Positions 19,519 through 27,841 of a stretch of 41,325 nt of DNA are shown piece by piece (position 1 is the stretch's first letter; each line of letters begins with the position of its first letter). The notes beneath the pieces were generated by a model that did no database searches, was not told where the DNA came from, and was given only the letters and a program-made list of their open reading frames with translations. The stretch is taken from positions 1 through 41,325 of the IMG/VR virus record IMGVR_UViG_3300035683_000204; one strand, given 5' to 3'. The stretch is from a virus (lineage: Duplodnaviria > Caudoviricetes). Position numbers and translations under genes: made by a program.

Positions 19519-19624
19519 GGCGACCCCGTGAAGGTGGAGAGCGGCGGCACGGCGGCACAGCCCCAAGGTAAAGCGCCAGGCGGGCGGGCGGAACAGGATC
19601 GTTCCGCTGACCTGCCGAGCGCGC

Positions 19625-19972
19625 CTAGTTCGGCTTCCCCGACCCCGGCAGCGCGGGGTTCACCACTTCGTTCACGAGCCGTTGGAAGGCGAGCGCCTTC
19701 CAGTGCGGCGGCACGCGCGCCATGTGCTCCGGGCGGGACACGTCGAACGGCTCCCCGTCCACCTCAACCCCGTCCACCCCGCGGATGCGGTCCTCGAAGA
19801 ACCCGGGCAGGAGGGACGCGAAGAACTTCAGCCGCATCGTCTCCCCCTCCCCCTCGCGGTCCATCGTCTCCTGCAGCTTGAAGTATTGTTCGTCGGTGAA
19901 CGGCGCGAGCCGGAGCGTGGCGCCCCCCTCTACGGTCACGGTCAGCTCTTCCCGGTGTGGCAGCTTCAGCAT
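19625..19972 (-). CDS. Second tail assembly chaperone G (paralog; no GT extension)
   Basis: Aligns with 6817-7233 (VEGG, TD.QYF, REGEG, VDG.PFDV, RVP.HWKALAF); AGGAG RBS. Confidence 0.9.
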   Translation of the reverse strand: MLKLPHREELTVTVEGGATLRLAPFTDEQYFKLQETMDREGEGETMRLKFFASLLPGFFEDRIRGVDGVEVDGEPFDVSRPEHMARVPPHWKALAFQRLVNEVVNPALPGSGKPN

Positions 19973-20041
19973 ACGCGTTCTCCTGTCTGGTGGATGGTGT
20001 GCGGGGGCGAGGCAGCGCGCCCCCCCCGCGGCGGAACGGGC

Positions 20042-23000
20042 TTATTTCACCCTGCGGTATCCCCCGACGTTGGGGATGCGGACCTGCGCATCCTGGCGGG
20101 CCCTCCGCCCCAACGCGTACTGGATTTCCTCAATCGTCTCCCCCGACTCGGAAATGATCTGGATTTTCACCACGTCGGGCCCTTCCTTGCGCGCCGTCTT
20201 TGCGAGCGCCGCCGACTCGTAATCCGCCACCACCACCCGCTGCGGCTCCCGGTTCCGCTCCCGCTGGCCGAACAGGCTCCCGATCAGCCCGCCCAGCACG
20301 CCCACGCCCGCGCCCAAAATCGGGTTGATCTGGGTGGCGGCGGCTTGCGCAATCGACGCGAGCCCCTGGACGACCGCGGCCTCCATGCTGGCGCTGCCGC
20401 TGATGGCCGCCTGCACCATGTTCCCGAACGCCTGCACCACCAGCACCCCCGCCCGGTCGAATTCGTCCGACCCCTTCCCGATGGCGACGGCGTACTCTTC
20501 CGCGGAGCGCCCGGCCCCCCGGATGATCCCTTGCAGGGCGTCCAGGTCCGCGGCGCCCAGCTTCGCCGGGTCGATCCGCAGCCCCGCCGCCGCCTCGTAC
20601 TGGCGCTGCGCGGCCCGGCGGTCCAGGGCCTCCACCCGGGCCGCCCCCAGGCCCCGCGTGCTCACGTCCACCCCGCGGGCGGCGTCCAGCCCGGCCGGGG
20701 CCAGGAAGGGCGTCAGGTCGGTCCGGCGGAGCCCCGACAGCCCGCCGTGAATGGTCCCGAGCTGGACCACCACCTCCGCAAGGTTCCCGCGGAGCCGGTA
20801 CACCTGTTCGTTCAGCTCCTTGAAGGCGTCCCCGCCGCGGGGGAGCCGCGTCAAGGCCGCTTCCGCGGTGGCGACTTCCACCGTCACGCTCGCCAGCGTG
20901 GCGCTGGCCCGCTCCCGCAGCTCCGCCAGGGCGCGCACCCCGTCCGCGGTGCCGATCCGCGCGAAGCCTTGGTCGGGGCCGACCACCTGCAGGGGCGTTT
21001 TCTTCCGGCCGCGGGGTTCGTCGTCCCCGAAGTCGAAGGGCGGGAGGCGCGGCGGACCGGGGGCCGGAGGCCCCGTCACCACGGAGCCGTAGAGCCCCTG
21101 CAGCTCCGCGTTGCGGCGCACGGCATCCGCGTACTTGTCGCGGGCGGCATCCAGCAACGCGTCTACGCCCTCTATCTCGGACCTGATGCGCGCGACGCTG
21201 GCGCTCTGCGCCTGCGCCACGCTCCCGAAGATGTCTGCTGTCCCCGTGCTCCCCACACGCGCCACGACGCGGGCGGCGTCCGCCGCCAGCTTCGCCCGCC
21301 TGCCCTCTAGCTCCTCTATCTCCAGCTCCGCGTCGAGCTGCGCCTGCTGCACCCCCCCAAGGCTCATGTCCCGCAGCGCCACCCGGAAGTCTGCGGCGGC
21401 ACCCTGCGCCCGGCGGGCGGCGTCCTCTGCGCTGTCGCCCGCGTGCGCGAACGCAGATGCCACGGCGGTCAACCCAACCACAAGCGGCGCGCCGATCCCA
21501 ACGATCAGCAGCAGCCCGCGCGCGGCCGTCGCCACCCCGAACACGGCCGTTGACGTGGCGACGGCCGCGGACCGCACCGCTACCGTCGCATGGGCCACGG
21601 AGGCGAGCCCCGCGGCGGCGGGCCCCGCAACGGTTACGATCCCGCCCAGCACCAGCACCGTCGTCTGGACCGGCCCCGGCAGCTCGGTGAACACGCCCAC
21701 GGCGCCGCGCGCGATTTCCACCACGGGGCGGGACGCTTCCAGCACGTCCACCAGGGCGGGCGCCAGCTCCGCGCCCAGCTCCACCGCCAGCACCGCGGCT
21801 TCCGACGCGGCCTGCTTGAACTGATACCCGTCCGTCTCCTGTAGGCGCTTGAAGGCGGCGTCGAGGATGCCCGCGGAGCCCTGGATGCTGGCGGCGACCT
21901 TGGCAAACTCCTCCCCTTGCAGCCCGGCCGTCCCCAGCACGCCGACCAGCCCTTCCACGTTCGGAATCACCCGCGCAAGCGCATCCTCGTTGCCTTTGAA
22001 GCGGGCCGTCAGCTCCAGCAGGCTTTGGGACAGGCCCTTTTCGCGCACTTCCTCCCGCAGCGCCGCCGCCGACAGACCGACCTTACGGAGCACCTTTTCG
22101 GCATCGTCCGACGGGTTGAGCAGGGTTTGCAGGTACGACCGGAGCCCCGTCACGGACGCGGACGCATCCCGGTTGACGCGCGAGAAAGAGGCGATGAACG
22201 ACCCCACCTCTTCAAAGGAGACCCCCATAGACGCGGCGACCGGGAGGACTTGCCCCAGGCTCCCGGCGAGCTGCGACACCTCGAAATTTCCTTCCCGCGC
22301 CGTCGCCACCATGATTTCGGTTGCGCGGCGCGCGGACAGGTTCGACGCGGCATACGCCTGCATCGCCGCTGTCGTGGTGCCCGCGATGGTGTTCACCTCG
22401 CCCAGCCCCAGCGCGGACGCCTTTGCGGCGTCGGACAGCACGTCCAGGGCTTCCGCGCCCCGCTCGCCGCCGCTGGTGACGGTGAACAGCCCGCGCGCCA
22501 GCTCCGCGGGCAAGGCGCCCAGCTCCGGGGCCATCTCCACCACGGCGGCCCGCCATGCGTCTACCTGATCCCGCGACACCCCCACCAGGGTTTCGATGCG
22601 GGTCATGGAGCTGTCGAAGTCGGTCGCCATGTGGACCGCCGCGCCCCCCGCCGCCACCAGCGGGAGCGTGACGCGGGTGGAGAGCGTGCCGCCGATCTGT
22701 TCCAGGCGGTCCGCGGCGCGGTCGGCACGTTCCGCGAGCCCCGCCACCTTCCGGCCCGCCGTCTCCGATGCGTCCCCCGCCGCCTCCACCCCGCGGGCCG
22801 CGGTGCGGGCGCCGTCGCCCAGCGCGATGAACCGGCCCCGCGCGTCCCGCACCCGCCCGTCCAGGCCGACGACCCGCTCCCCGGCCGCACCGGCGACGCG
22901 CGAGACTTCCACCACCCCGGCGGCGCCCGTGCGCCCGGCGGGCCCCAGCGCGGACAGGTCGTCCCGGAGCCCCGCGGTGGCGGCGCCGTCCGCGGCGGCG

Positions 23001-23221
23001 GCCACCACCTGAACCGACCCCGCCAGCTCCCGCATTGCGCGGCCCGCCGCGTCCAGCTCCGCGGCATCGACCGCGAGCGGGCCGAAGTCGGCGCCCGCGG
23101 CGCCGCTGGTGGCGGCGGTCAGCTCCGTCTGTGCGGTGCGGATCGCGGTGTAGGCGGCGACCACTTCGGGGGCGCCACGCGACGTGACGACGATTTCTAT
23201 TTCGTTCGTAACCTTGGTCAC
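20042..23221 (-). CDS. Second full-length tape measure protein (TMP2)
   Basis: 1059 aa, colinear with TMP1 (VTNEIE; LRSYLQTLLNPSDDAEKVL; ALARVIPNVEGLVGVLGTAGLQ; RKEGPDVV...VRIPN). Confidence 0.95.
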   Translation of the reverse strand: MTKVTNEIEIVVTSRGAPEVVAAYTAIRTAQTELTAATSGAAGADFGPLAVDAAELDAAGRAMRELAGSVQVVAAAADGAATAGLRDDLSALGPAGRTGAAGVVEVSRVAGAAGERVVGLDGRVRDARGRFIALGDGARTAARGVEAAGDASETAGRKVAGLAERADRAADRLEQIGGTLSTRVTLPLVAAGGAAVHMATDFDSSMTRIETLVGVSRDQVDAWRAAVVEMAPELGALPAELARGLFTVTSGGERGAEALDVLSDAAKASALGLGEVNTIAGTTTAAMQAYAASNLSARRATEIMVATAREGNFEVSQLAGSLGQVLPVAASMGVSFEEVGSFIASFSRVNRDASASVTGLRSYLQTLLNPSDDAEKVLRKVGLSAAALREEVREKGLSQSLLELTARFKGNEDALARVIPNVEGLVGVLGTAGLQGEEFAKVAASIQGSAGILDAAFKRLQETDGYQFKQAASEAAVLAVELGAELAPALVDVLEASRPVVEIARGAVGVFTELPGPVQTTVLVLGGIVTVAGPAAAGLASVAHATVAVRSAAVATSTAVFGVATAARGLLLIVGIGAPLVVGLTAVASAFAHAGDSAEDAARRAQGAAADFRVALRDMSLGGVQQAQLDAELEIEELEGRRAKLAADAARVVARVGSTGTADIFGSVAQAQSASVARIRSEIEGVDALLDAARDKYADAVRRNAELQGLYGSVVTGPPAPGPPRLPPFDFGDDEPRGRKKTPLQVVGPDQGFARIGTADGVRALAELRERASATLASVTVEVATAEAALTRLPRGGDAFKELNEQVYRLRGNLAEVVVQLGTIHGGLSGLRRTDLTPFLAPAGLDAARGVDVSTRGLGAARVEALDRRAAQRQYEAAAGLRIDPAKLGAADLDALQGIIRGAGRSAEEYAVAIGKGSDEFDRAGVLVVQAFGNMVQAAISGSASMEAAVVQGLASIAQAAATQINPILGAGVGVLGGLIGSLFGQRERNREPQRVVVADYESAALAKTARKEGPDVVKIQIISESGETIEEIQYALGRRARQDAQVRIPNVGGYRRVK

Positions 23222-23300
23222 GGCGCGCCGGGGAGCGGGGGAAGTGCGGAGCCCCGCGGGCGGCGGGGAGGCGGCGCCCGCGGGGGCGCGCGACCGGTGG

Positions 23301-23344
23301 AAGGTACGCGCGCGGAAGCGGCGGCGTGGCGCGCCTGTCCAGGC
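23301..23344 (-). promoter_or_regulatory. Putative late promoter copy D upstream of TMP2
   Basis: GCCTGGACAGGCGCGCCACGC-N17-TACCTT; same spacing as the other copies. Confidence 0.7.
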
Positions 23345-23422
23345 GACGGCGGGGAGGGGCGGCGGCAGGCCGCAACCGGCTGGGGATGCCGGAGGCGAGG
23401 GCCGCAGGCGGGCCGTAGACCC

Positions 23423-23518
23423 GCCCCGCGACGTTGCGCAACGGGGTTGGGGGCACGATCCCCGCCGACCCGCGGCGGGACGACACCCCCGGAGCAGATC
23501 GGGGCTTGTGGCGCGATT
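23423..23518 (+). repeat. 96-bp inverted repeat, left copy
   Basis: 88/96 identical to the reverse complement of 27842-27937. Confidence 0.92.
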
Positions 23519-23520
23519 TC

Positions 23521-23700
23521 GGGGACCGGAATTCGCCCCCTTGAGACACTCATCGCGTGTTGGAACCCGCCCTTGAGAGGCGGCTCGCGGGTCTACGCCG
23601 CCGCCTTACTGGCCGGACAGCTCGCCGCAGGGCGTTCCCCGCCCCTCTTTGCCAACGCGAGAATATTGCGGGCCGCGTTCACGTCGCGGTCCAGCCGGAG
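23521..23700 (-). ncRNA. Putative TnpB omega/reRNA (5' boundary approximate) with candidate guide 23540-23521
   Basis: Two hairpins after the tnpB stop ending in GTGTCTCAA, resembling an IS200/IS605 right end. Confidence 0.55.
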
Positions 23701-24732
23701 CCCGCACTCCTCACACTGGTGGACGCGCACCTTGAGCGTCTTGCGCTTCGCGGGCGCGTATCCGCAGCCGGAGCACATCTGAGACGTTCCGCCAGGGTTC
23801 ACCGCCACCACCACGCGGCCGGCGCTTTCAGCCTTGCCACGCAGGATTTCGAGGAACTGGCACCACCCGGCGTCATACACGCTCTTGCGGAGCATGCCGC
23901 GGGAGAGGCCGCGGAAGTTCAGCGCTTCAACGGCAAGGAAATCGTAGCGCCGCACAAGATCGCGTGCGGTCTTGAAGTGGAAGTCACGCCGGGCGCTCCG
24001 CACGTAGCGGTGCACCCGCGCCAGCGTCCGGACCCGCGCGCGGAAGCGGGCCCCACCTAGCTTCGCCTTCCTCATCCGCCGGTTTGCACAGGCCAGCCGA
24101 GCGGCGGCGTGCTGCGCGAACCTGGGATTCTCCACCGTGTCCCCATCCGACGTGGCGAGGAACGACGCAAGCCCGAGGTCGAGCCCGGCGGCGGCACCCG
24201 TCGCGGGGAGCGGGCGCGGCTCCACCCCGTCGCAACAGAACGTGACCCACCAGTCCCCGCACCGATCCCGCTTGAGTGTGACGCTCTTCACCTTCCCTTC
24301 CACCGGACGGGAGAGGAACAGGCGGAGCGTACCAATGCCCGCCAGCGTGAGCCGCCGCCCTTCTAGGGTCCACCCGGTCTGCCGGTACGTGGTGGAGTCA
24401 TACCGGCCCTTGCCTTTGAAGCGGGGATAGCCGGGCGCCTCGCCCCGCTGGGCACGTTCGAAGAACGCCTTGAAGGCCCGGTCGAGATAGCGGAGCGCGG
24501 CGTGGGTCGCCTGGCAATCCAGGGCGCGGTACTCGGGATCGGCGCGCCGAATCTCCGTGATCTGGGCCGTCTGACCGGCGTAGGTGACAGTCACTCGGCT
24601 CTTGGCCCACGCATCCCGTCGCTCCTGAAGCGCAGCGTTGTAGAGCTGGCGCAGTAGCTCAAGCTGGCGCTCCGCGTTGCGGAGAGTCGAAGGGCTCATT
24701 CGAGCAACCTTGTACTTGAAGCTGCGGCGCAT
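23593..24732 (-). CDS. tnpB: TnpB RNA-guided endonuclease (IS200/IS605 family)
   Basis: YNAALQER, GYPRFK, RuvC GLDLG / AVEAL / DRDVNAARNI, Zn finger CSGC..CEEC. Confidence 0.96.
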   Translation of the reverse strand: MRRSFKYKVARMSPSTLRNAERQLELLRQLYNAALQERRDAWAKSRVTVTYAGQTAQITEIRRADPEYRALDCQATHAALRYLDRAFKAFFERAQRGEAPGYPRFKGKGRYDSTTYRQTGWTLEGRRLTLAGIGTLRLFLSRPVEGKVKSVTLKRDRCGDWWVTFCCDGVEPRPLPATGAAAGLDLGLASFLATSDGDTVENPRFAQHAAARLACANRRMRKAKLGGARFRARVRTLARVHRYVRSARRDFHFKTARDLVRRYDFLAVEALNFRGLSRGMLRKSVYDAGWCQFLEILRGKAESAGRVVVAVNPGGTSQMCSGCGYAPAKRKTLKVRVHQCEECGLRLDRDVNAARNILALAKRGGERPAASCPASKAAA

Positions 24733-24769
24733 CGGGTCACGGGGGCGGTTCGGGTCCGGCGGCTGGGGG

Positions 24770-24833
24770 TGTCTCCCCTGCTTGTATATATCATAATAGA
24801 CGGGCGGGGCGTTGTCAGCCCCCGCATATACAA
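24770..24833 (-). promoter_or_regulatory. Sigma70-like promoter/operator for tnpB
   Basis: CTGACA-N17-TATGAT flanked by TTGTATAT / ATATACAA half-sites. Confidence 0.75.
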
Positions 24834-24849
24834 GCCGGGGGGGGTGCCG

Positions 24850-25071
24850 CTAGTCGGAGAGGGTGCGGGCGAGCTTCTGTAGGTCGGCGGCGCGGGTCCG
24901 GGCCAGGTCAGAAAGAACCTTGCGCCAGTTGGCCGGGGGGTCTCGGCGGCTGGGGTTGTCGGGGGGTAGTTTCGCCTGTCGAATGAGCTGGAGCGACACC
25001 CCGGCGGCGTCCGCGATTTCTTGGTCTGTGGTGCACCGCTTCAGCTCTGCGGATGCGGCCTTGAAGTCCAT
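24850..25071 (-). CDS. Small HTH (Xre/Cro-like) regulator
   Basis: DQEIADAAGVSLQLIRQA; 73 aa. Confidence 0.8.
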   Translation of the reverse strand: MDFKAASAELKRCTTDQEIADAAGVSLQLIRQAKLPPDNPSRRDPPANWRKVLSDLARTRAADLQKLARTLSD

Positions 25072-25076
25072 CGGAA

Positions 25077-25140
25077 TTGTATATGCTAGGGTTGACGGCG
25101 GGGTCCCTGTCTATTATCTTATATACAGGCAGGGGAAACA
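25077..25140 (+). promoter_or_regulatory. Sigma70-like promoter/operator, mirror copy of the tnpB promoter
   Basis: TTGACG-N17-TATCTT; 49/64 identical to the reverse complement of 24770-24833. Confidence 0.75.
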
Positions 25141-25259
25141 GCAAGGCTGACCGCACACCCGCCAAGATGTCACGGCCAGCCTTGCCCCCAACGCGACCCG
25201 AAGGCCGCACCGAAAAGGTGCCCCCTGCCGCGGCTCGGGTCAAGGTCAGGAGACCGAAC

Positions 25260-25868
25260 ATGGTACGTGCCGCAGACGCCGCCACTGCCGCCGCCGCCGC
25301 CGCCGCGCTGGCCCCCGCGTTCCCCAAGGCAAGCGTCTATCACTCTCAGCTCGTCGGGCGCGGCCCGCTCTGCATCCGCCTGACGGCCGGTGTGATCCCA
25401 AGCAAGTTCAAGGACAAGCCCGCCTTTGCCCCCTTCCAGGTCCGCGGCGACACGGCGGAGTATCGCCTGACGGTCGAGAACGACACGATCCGCGAGCGGC
25501 TTGCCTCGCTCCCGCTGAACACCTGGGTGGAAGTGCAGGCCGCCGGGAGCCGGGACGCTGCCACGCTTGAAGTGCTGCGCATGGCCCCGCAGCGCACCCC
25601 CACGGCGCGCCGGATGGACGCGGGCGCGGCCGGGCCGGGCGAGTCTCCCGCGGGCGCGGCGGCCCCTGCGCCGTCCAGCCTGGAAAACGAATACTGGACC
25701 GCGCTGGAAGCCGCGGTGCGGATCGTGGGCGACTTCCAGCGGCAGTTCGGCCGGGAGCCCAGCGAGGCAGAGCGGGCCATCGCCTGCACGCTCTGGATTC
25801 AGGCCAACCGCGAGCGCGACGGGCGCCCGCTGGCGGCGCCGCGCCCGGCCCCGCGGGGGGGCCGGTGA
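25260..25868 (+). CDS. Hypothetical protein (beta-rich domain, linker, helical C-terminal domain)
   Basis: AGGAG RBS before ATG 25260; 202 aa. Confidence 0.7.
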   Translation: MVRAADAATAAAAAAALAPAFPKASVYHSQLVGRGPLCIRLTAGVIPSKFKDKPAFAPFQVRGDTAEYRLTVENDTIRERLASLPLNTWVEVQAAGSRDAATLEVLRMAPQRTPTARRMDAGAAGPGESPAGAAAPAPSSLENEYWTALEAAVRIVGDFQRQFGREPSEAERAIACTLWIQANRERDGRPLAAPRPAPRGGR

Positions 25869-26077
25869 CGCCCCGGCAGATCCACGCGGCAATGCGCCGG
25901 GCGGTTCGCGTGGTCATGAAAGCCCAAGTCACCAAAGCCGGGGGCGTAGCCCCCGGCCCGTTCCAGATCCCCGGCGAATTCTTCTCCCCGCACGCCTGGA
26001 ACGCGGCGGTTCGGGCGGAAGAGGAACGGGCGGCGGAGCGGCGGCAGCGGGAGCGGTACTTGGGCAGGGCTGGCTAA
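25865..26077 (+). CDS. Small hypothetical protein
   Basis: GTGA overlap with the upstream stop. Confidence 0.55.
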   Translation: MTPRQIHAAMRRAVRVVMKAQVTKAGGVAPGPFQIPGEFFSPHAWNAAVRAEEERAAERRQRERYLGRAG

Positions 26078-26157
26078 TTTCGTGGGACTGGCGGGCCGCG
26101 GTGGCTGAATCTATACTCCGTGAGCCTGCCGGTTCCCCGCCTTGCACTCTTCCGACA

Positions 26158-27462
26158 ATGAGCGGTCACATGGACCAATCCAACAACACCCCGTCCACGG
26201 GCGGCGGCTCTCCTGACGCCCGCGCCCTCTACGTGCGCAGCTCCGGGCCGCCGCCCGTCGCGGGGAGCTTTGACGGCTCGGCAATTCTTGAAGAGGTGGC
26301 GGAGCCGTTGGGGGTGGTGCTGTTCCAGGCGGCGCGGGACGGGCTCCTGTGGGCGACCGCCGCACCGGGGGAGCGGGCTGGGATCTTCGCACCGCGGGCG
26401 CGACTGCCCCGCCTGGACGGATACCGCGGGCTGCGGGGGGCGCTCCATCCCTTCGTGCGGATGGTGCGGAAGCCCCGCGAGACCGACCCGGCGGAGCTGC
26501 TGGAGGCTTCGGGGCAGGTGTGCGAGTGGGCGGAGCACCGGGGGCACCTGCGGACAGCGGGGGCGTTCGCGGAGATTGCCGCCCGCCTCTTCCCTTCGGA
26601 CGGGGCGCTCGCCGTGCGGGTCGGCCAGTTCGCGCGGCGCGCAGCCGACTACGGGCGGGCCGAAGCGTGGCTCGGGTGGGCCAACGTACTCGCCCGGCGC
26701 GCGGGGGACTGGCGGACCTACTGCACGTCGCTGGCTGCGCTCGGCAATCTGCACTGGCAGCGTGGCAACTACCCAAAGGCGTGGCGGCGGCAGGCGCAGT
26801 GCCTTCGCCGGGCGCGGCTGCTGGGCTTGCGCGACTTCCAGGCGTCGGCGCTGCACAACCTCTTTGCCCTGTCGGTGGAGATGGACGACTTCCAACAGGC
26901 GGAGACGTACTACAAGGCCGCTTTCGAGGTGTACGGACCGACGCACCCGCGCATGCCGTACTTTGCGCATGACGTCGCCTGGTTCTACATGCTCCGGGGC
27001 CACAACACGGCGTCCATACAGATCCTCAAGGCCCTGCTCTCCCACTTCCAGAAGCCGACCGACCAGCTTCTCGTATGGGGGGGGCTGGCGCGAACGGCGG
27101 CCGGGGCGGGACGGCGGGAGCTGTACCGGCAGGCTCGCGGCGCCGTGTGGGACATCGTGCGGGAGCATGGGAACGCGGAGCACGCGGCAACGGCGCTGCT
27201 GGACGCGGCGCGCGGAGCGGAGGCGCTTCGGGACTGGCATGACTGCCGTGTGCTGGCCGAAGCCGCGCTCGGGATTGCGCAGATCCGGGGGGAGGGGAAA
27301 GTCTCGCTCTCTGCCGAGGCGCTGGTGAGGATGGCCCGCATCGGCCTAGCGCCGGGTGCCGTGGCGGGCGGGGCGCACGCCGGGGAGGTGGTGGCGGGCG
27401 CGCAGCCGGAGACGTGGACGGGGCCGCTCCTGACCCGCGAGATCGTCAGGGCGCTGCGGTAG
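26158..27462 (+). CDS. TPR-repeat protein (RRNPP-receptor-like candidate)
   Basis: Helical repeats LAALGNLHWQRGNYPKA, ALHNLFAL..DDFQQAETYY, AHDVAWFYM; start 26158 or 26170. Confidence 0.8.
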   Translation: MSGHMDQSNNTPSTGGGSPDARALYVRSSGPPPVAGSFDGSAILEEVAEPLGVVLFQAARDGLLWATAAPGERAGIFAPRARLPRLDGYRGLRGALHPFVRMVRKPRETDPAELLEASGQVCEWAEHRGHLRTAGAFAEIAARLFPSDGALAVRVGQFARRAADYGRAEAWLGWANVLARRAGDWRTYCTSLAALGNLHWQRGNYPKAWRRQAQCLRRARLLGLRDFQASALHNLFALSVEMDDFQQAETYYKAAFEVYGPTHPRMPYFAHDVAWFYMLRGHNTASIQILKALLSHFQKPTDQLLVWGGLARTAAGAGRRELYRQARGAVWDIVREHGNAEHAATALLDAARGAEALRDWHDCRVLAEAALGIAQIRGEGKVSLSAEALVRMARIGLAPGAVAGGAHAGEVVAGAQPETWTGPLLTREIVRALR

Positions 27463-27489
27463 CTGGCGGAAAGCCGGGGGCGGGCATTC

Positions 27490-27525
27490 AGGCGGCGGGG
27501 GCGCGATGCGCCCCCGCCGCCTTTT
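27490..27525 (+). terminator. Rho-independent terminator between the convergent TPR and peptide genes
   Basis: AGGCGGCGGGGGCGC gat GCGCCCCCGCCGCCT TTT. Confidence 0.8.
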
Positions 27526-27529
27526 CGTC

Positions 27530-27733
27530 CTACGCCTTCGTGGAATCCGGTGCCGCGGCTCCGTTCGACGTGGTGCTGTCGGGTTCGTTCTTGTGCCCGG
27601 AGCCGAACAGGCCGCTGTTCTCATTGCGCCGGTCGCCAGGTGCGGCGGTGTCCGGCGCGGTGGAGTCGGAACAGGCCGCCGCCACGGCGGCGCAGATCAG
27701 CAGGGCGACGGCGACGGTGCGAGTTGCTTTCAT
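27530..27733 (-). CDS. Small lipoprotein / secreted pro-peptide
   Basis: 67 aa; AGGAG RBS; signal peptide with lipobox AAAC; embedded SGLFGSGH. Confidence 0.8.
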   Translation of the reverse strand: MKATRTVAVALLICAAVAAACSDSTAPDTAAPGDRRNENSGLFGSGHKNEPDSTTSNGAAAPDSTKA

Positions 27734-27841
27734 GGTAGCGGGCTCCTGAGATGGGGAGGGTGGATAGCGGGACCGGGCGGCCCCGCGTCTCCAAGATAGC
27801 CGGTGGGGCCGCCCGCGGCCCCCCGCGCGCCGCCCCCTCAG

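Noticed and set aside
19625-19645. GGGGAAG at the end of chaperone 2 as a frameshift site
   Set aside because: Does not fit X XXY YYZ in frame, and the -1 frame does not resemble the GT extension.
23421-23600. CRISPR array next to TnpB (Cas12f-like system)
   Set aside because: Only two short CTCAAGGG repeats; no repeat-spacer periodicity seen anywhere in the window.
25567-26157. N-terminal extension of the TPR ORF in the track (631 aa)
   Set aside because: Overlaps two better-supported ORFs and is low-complexity; start placed at 26158/26170.
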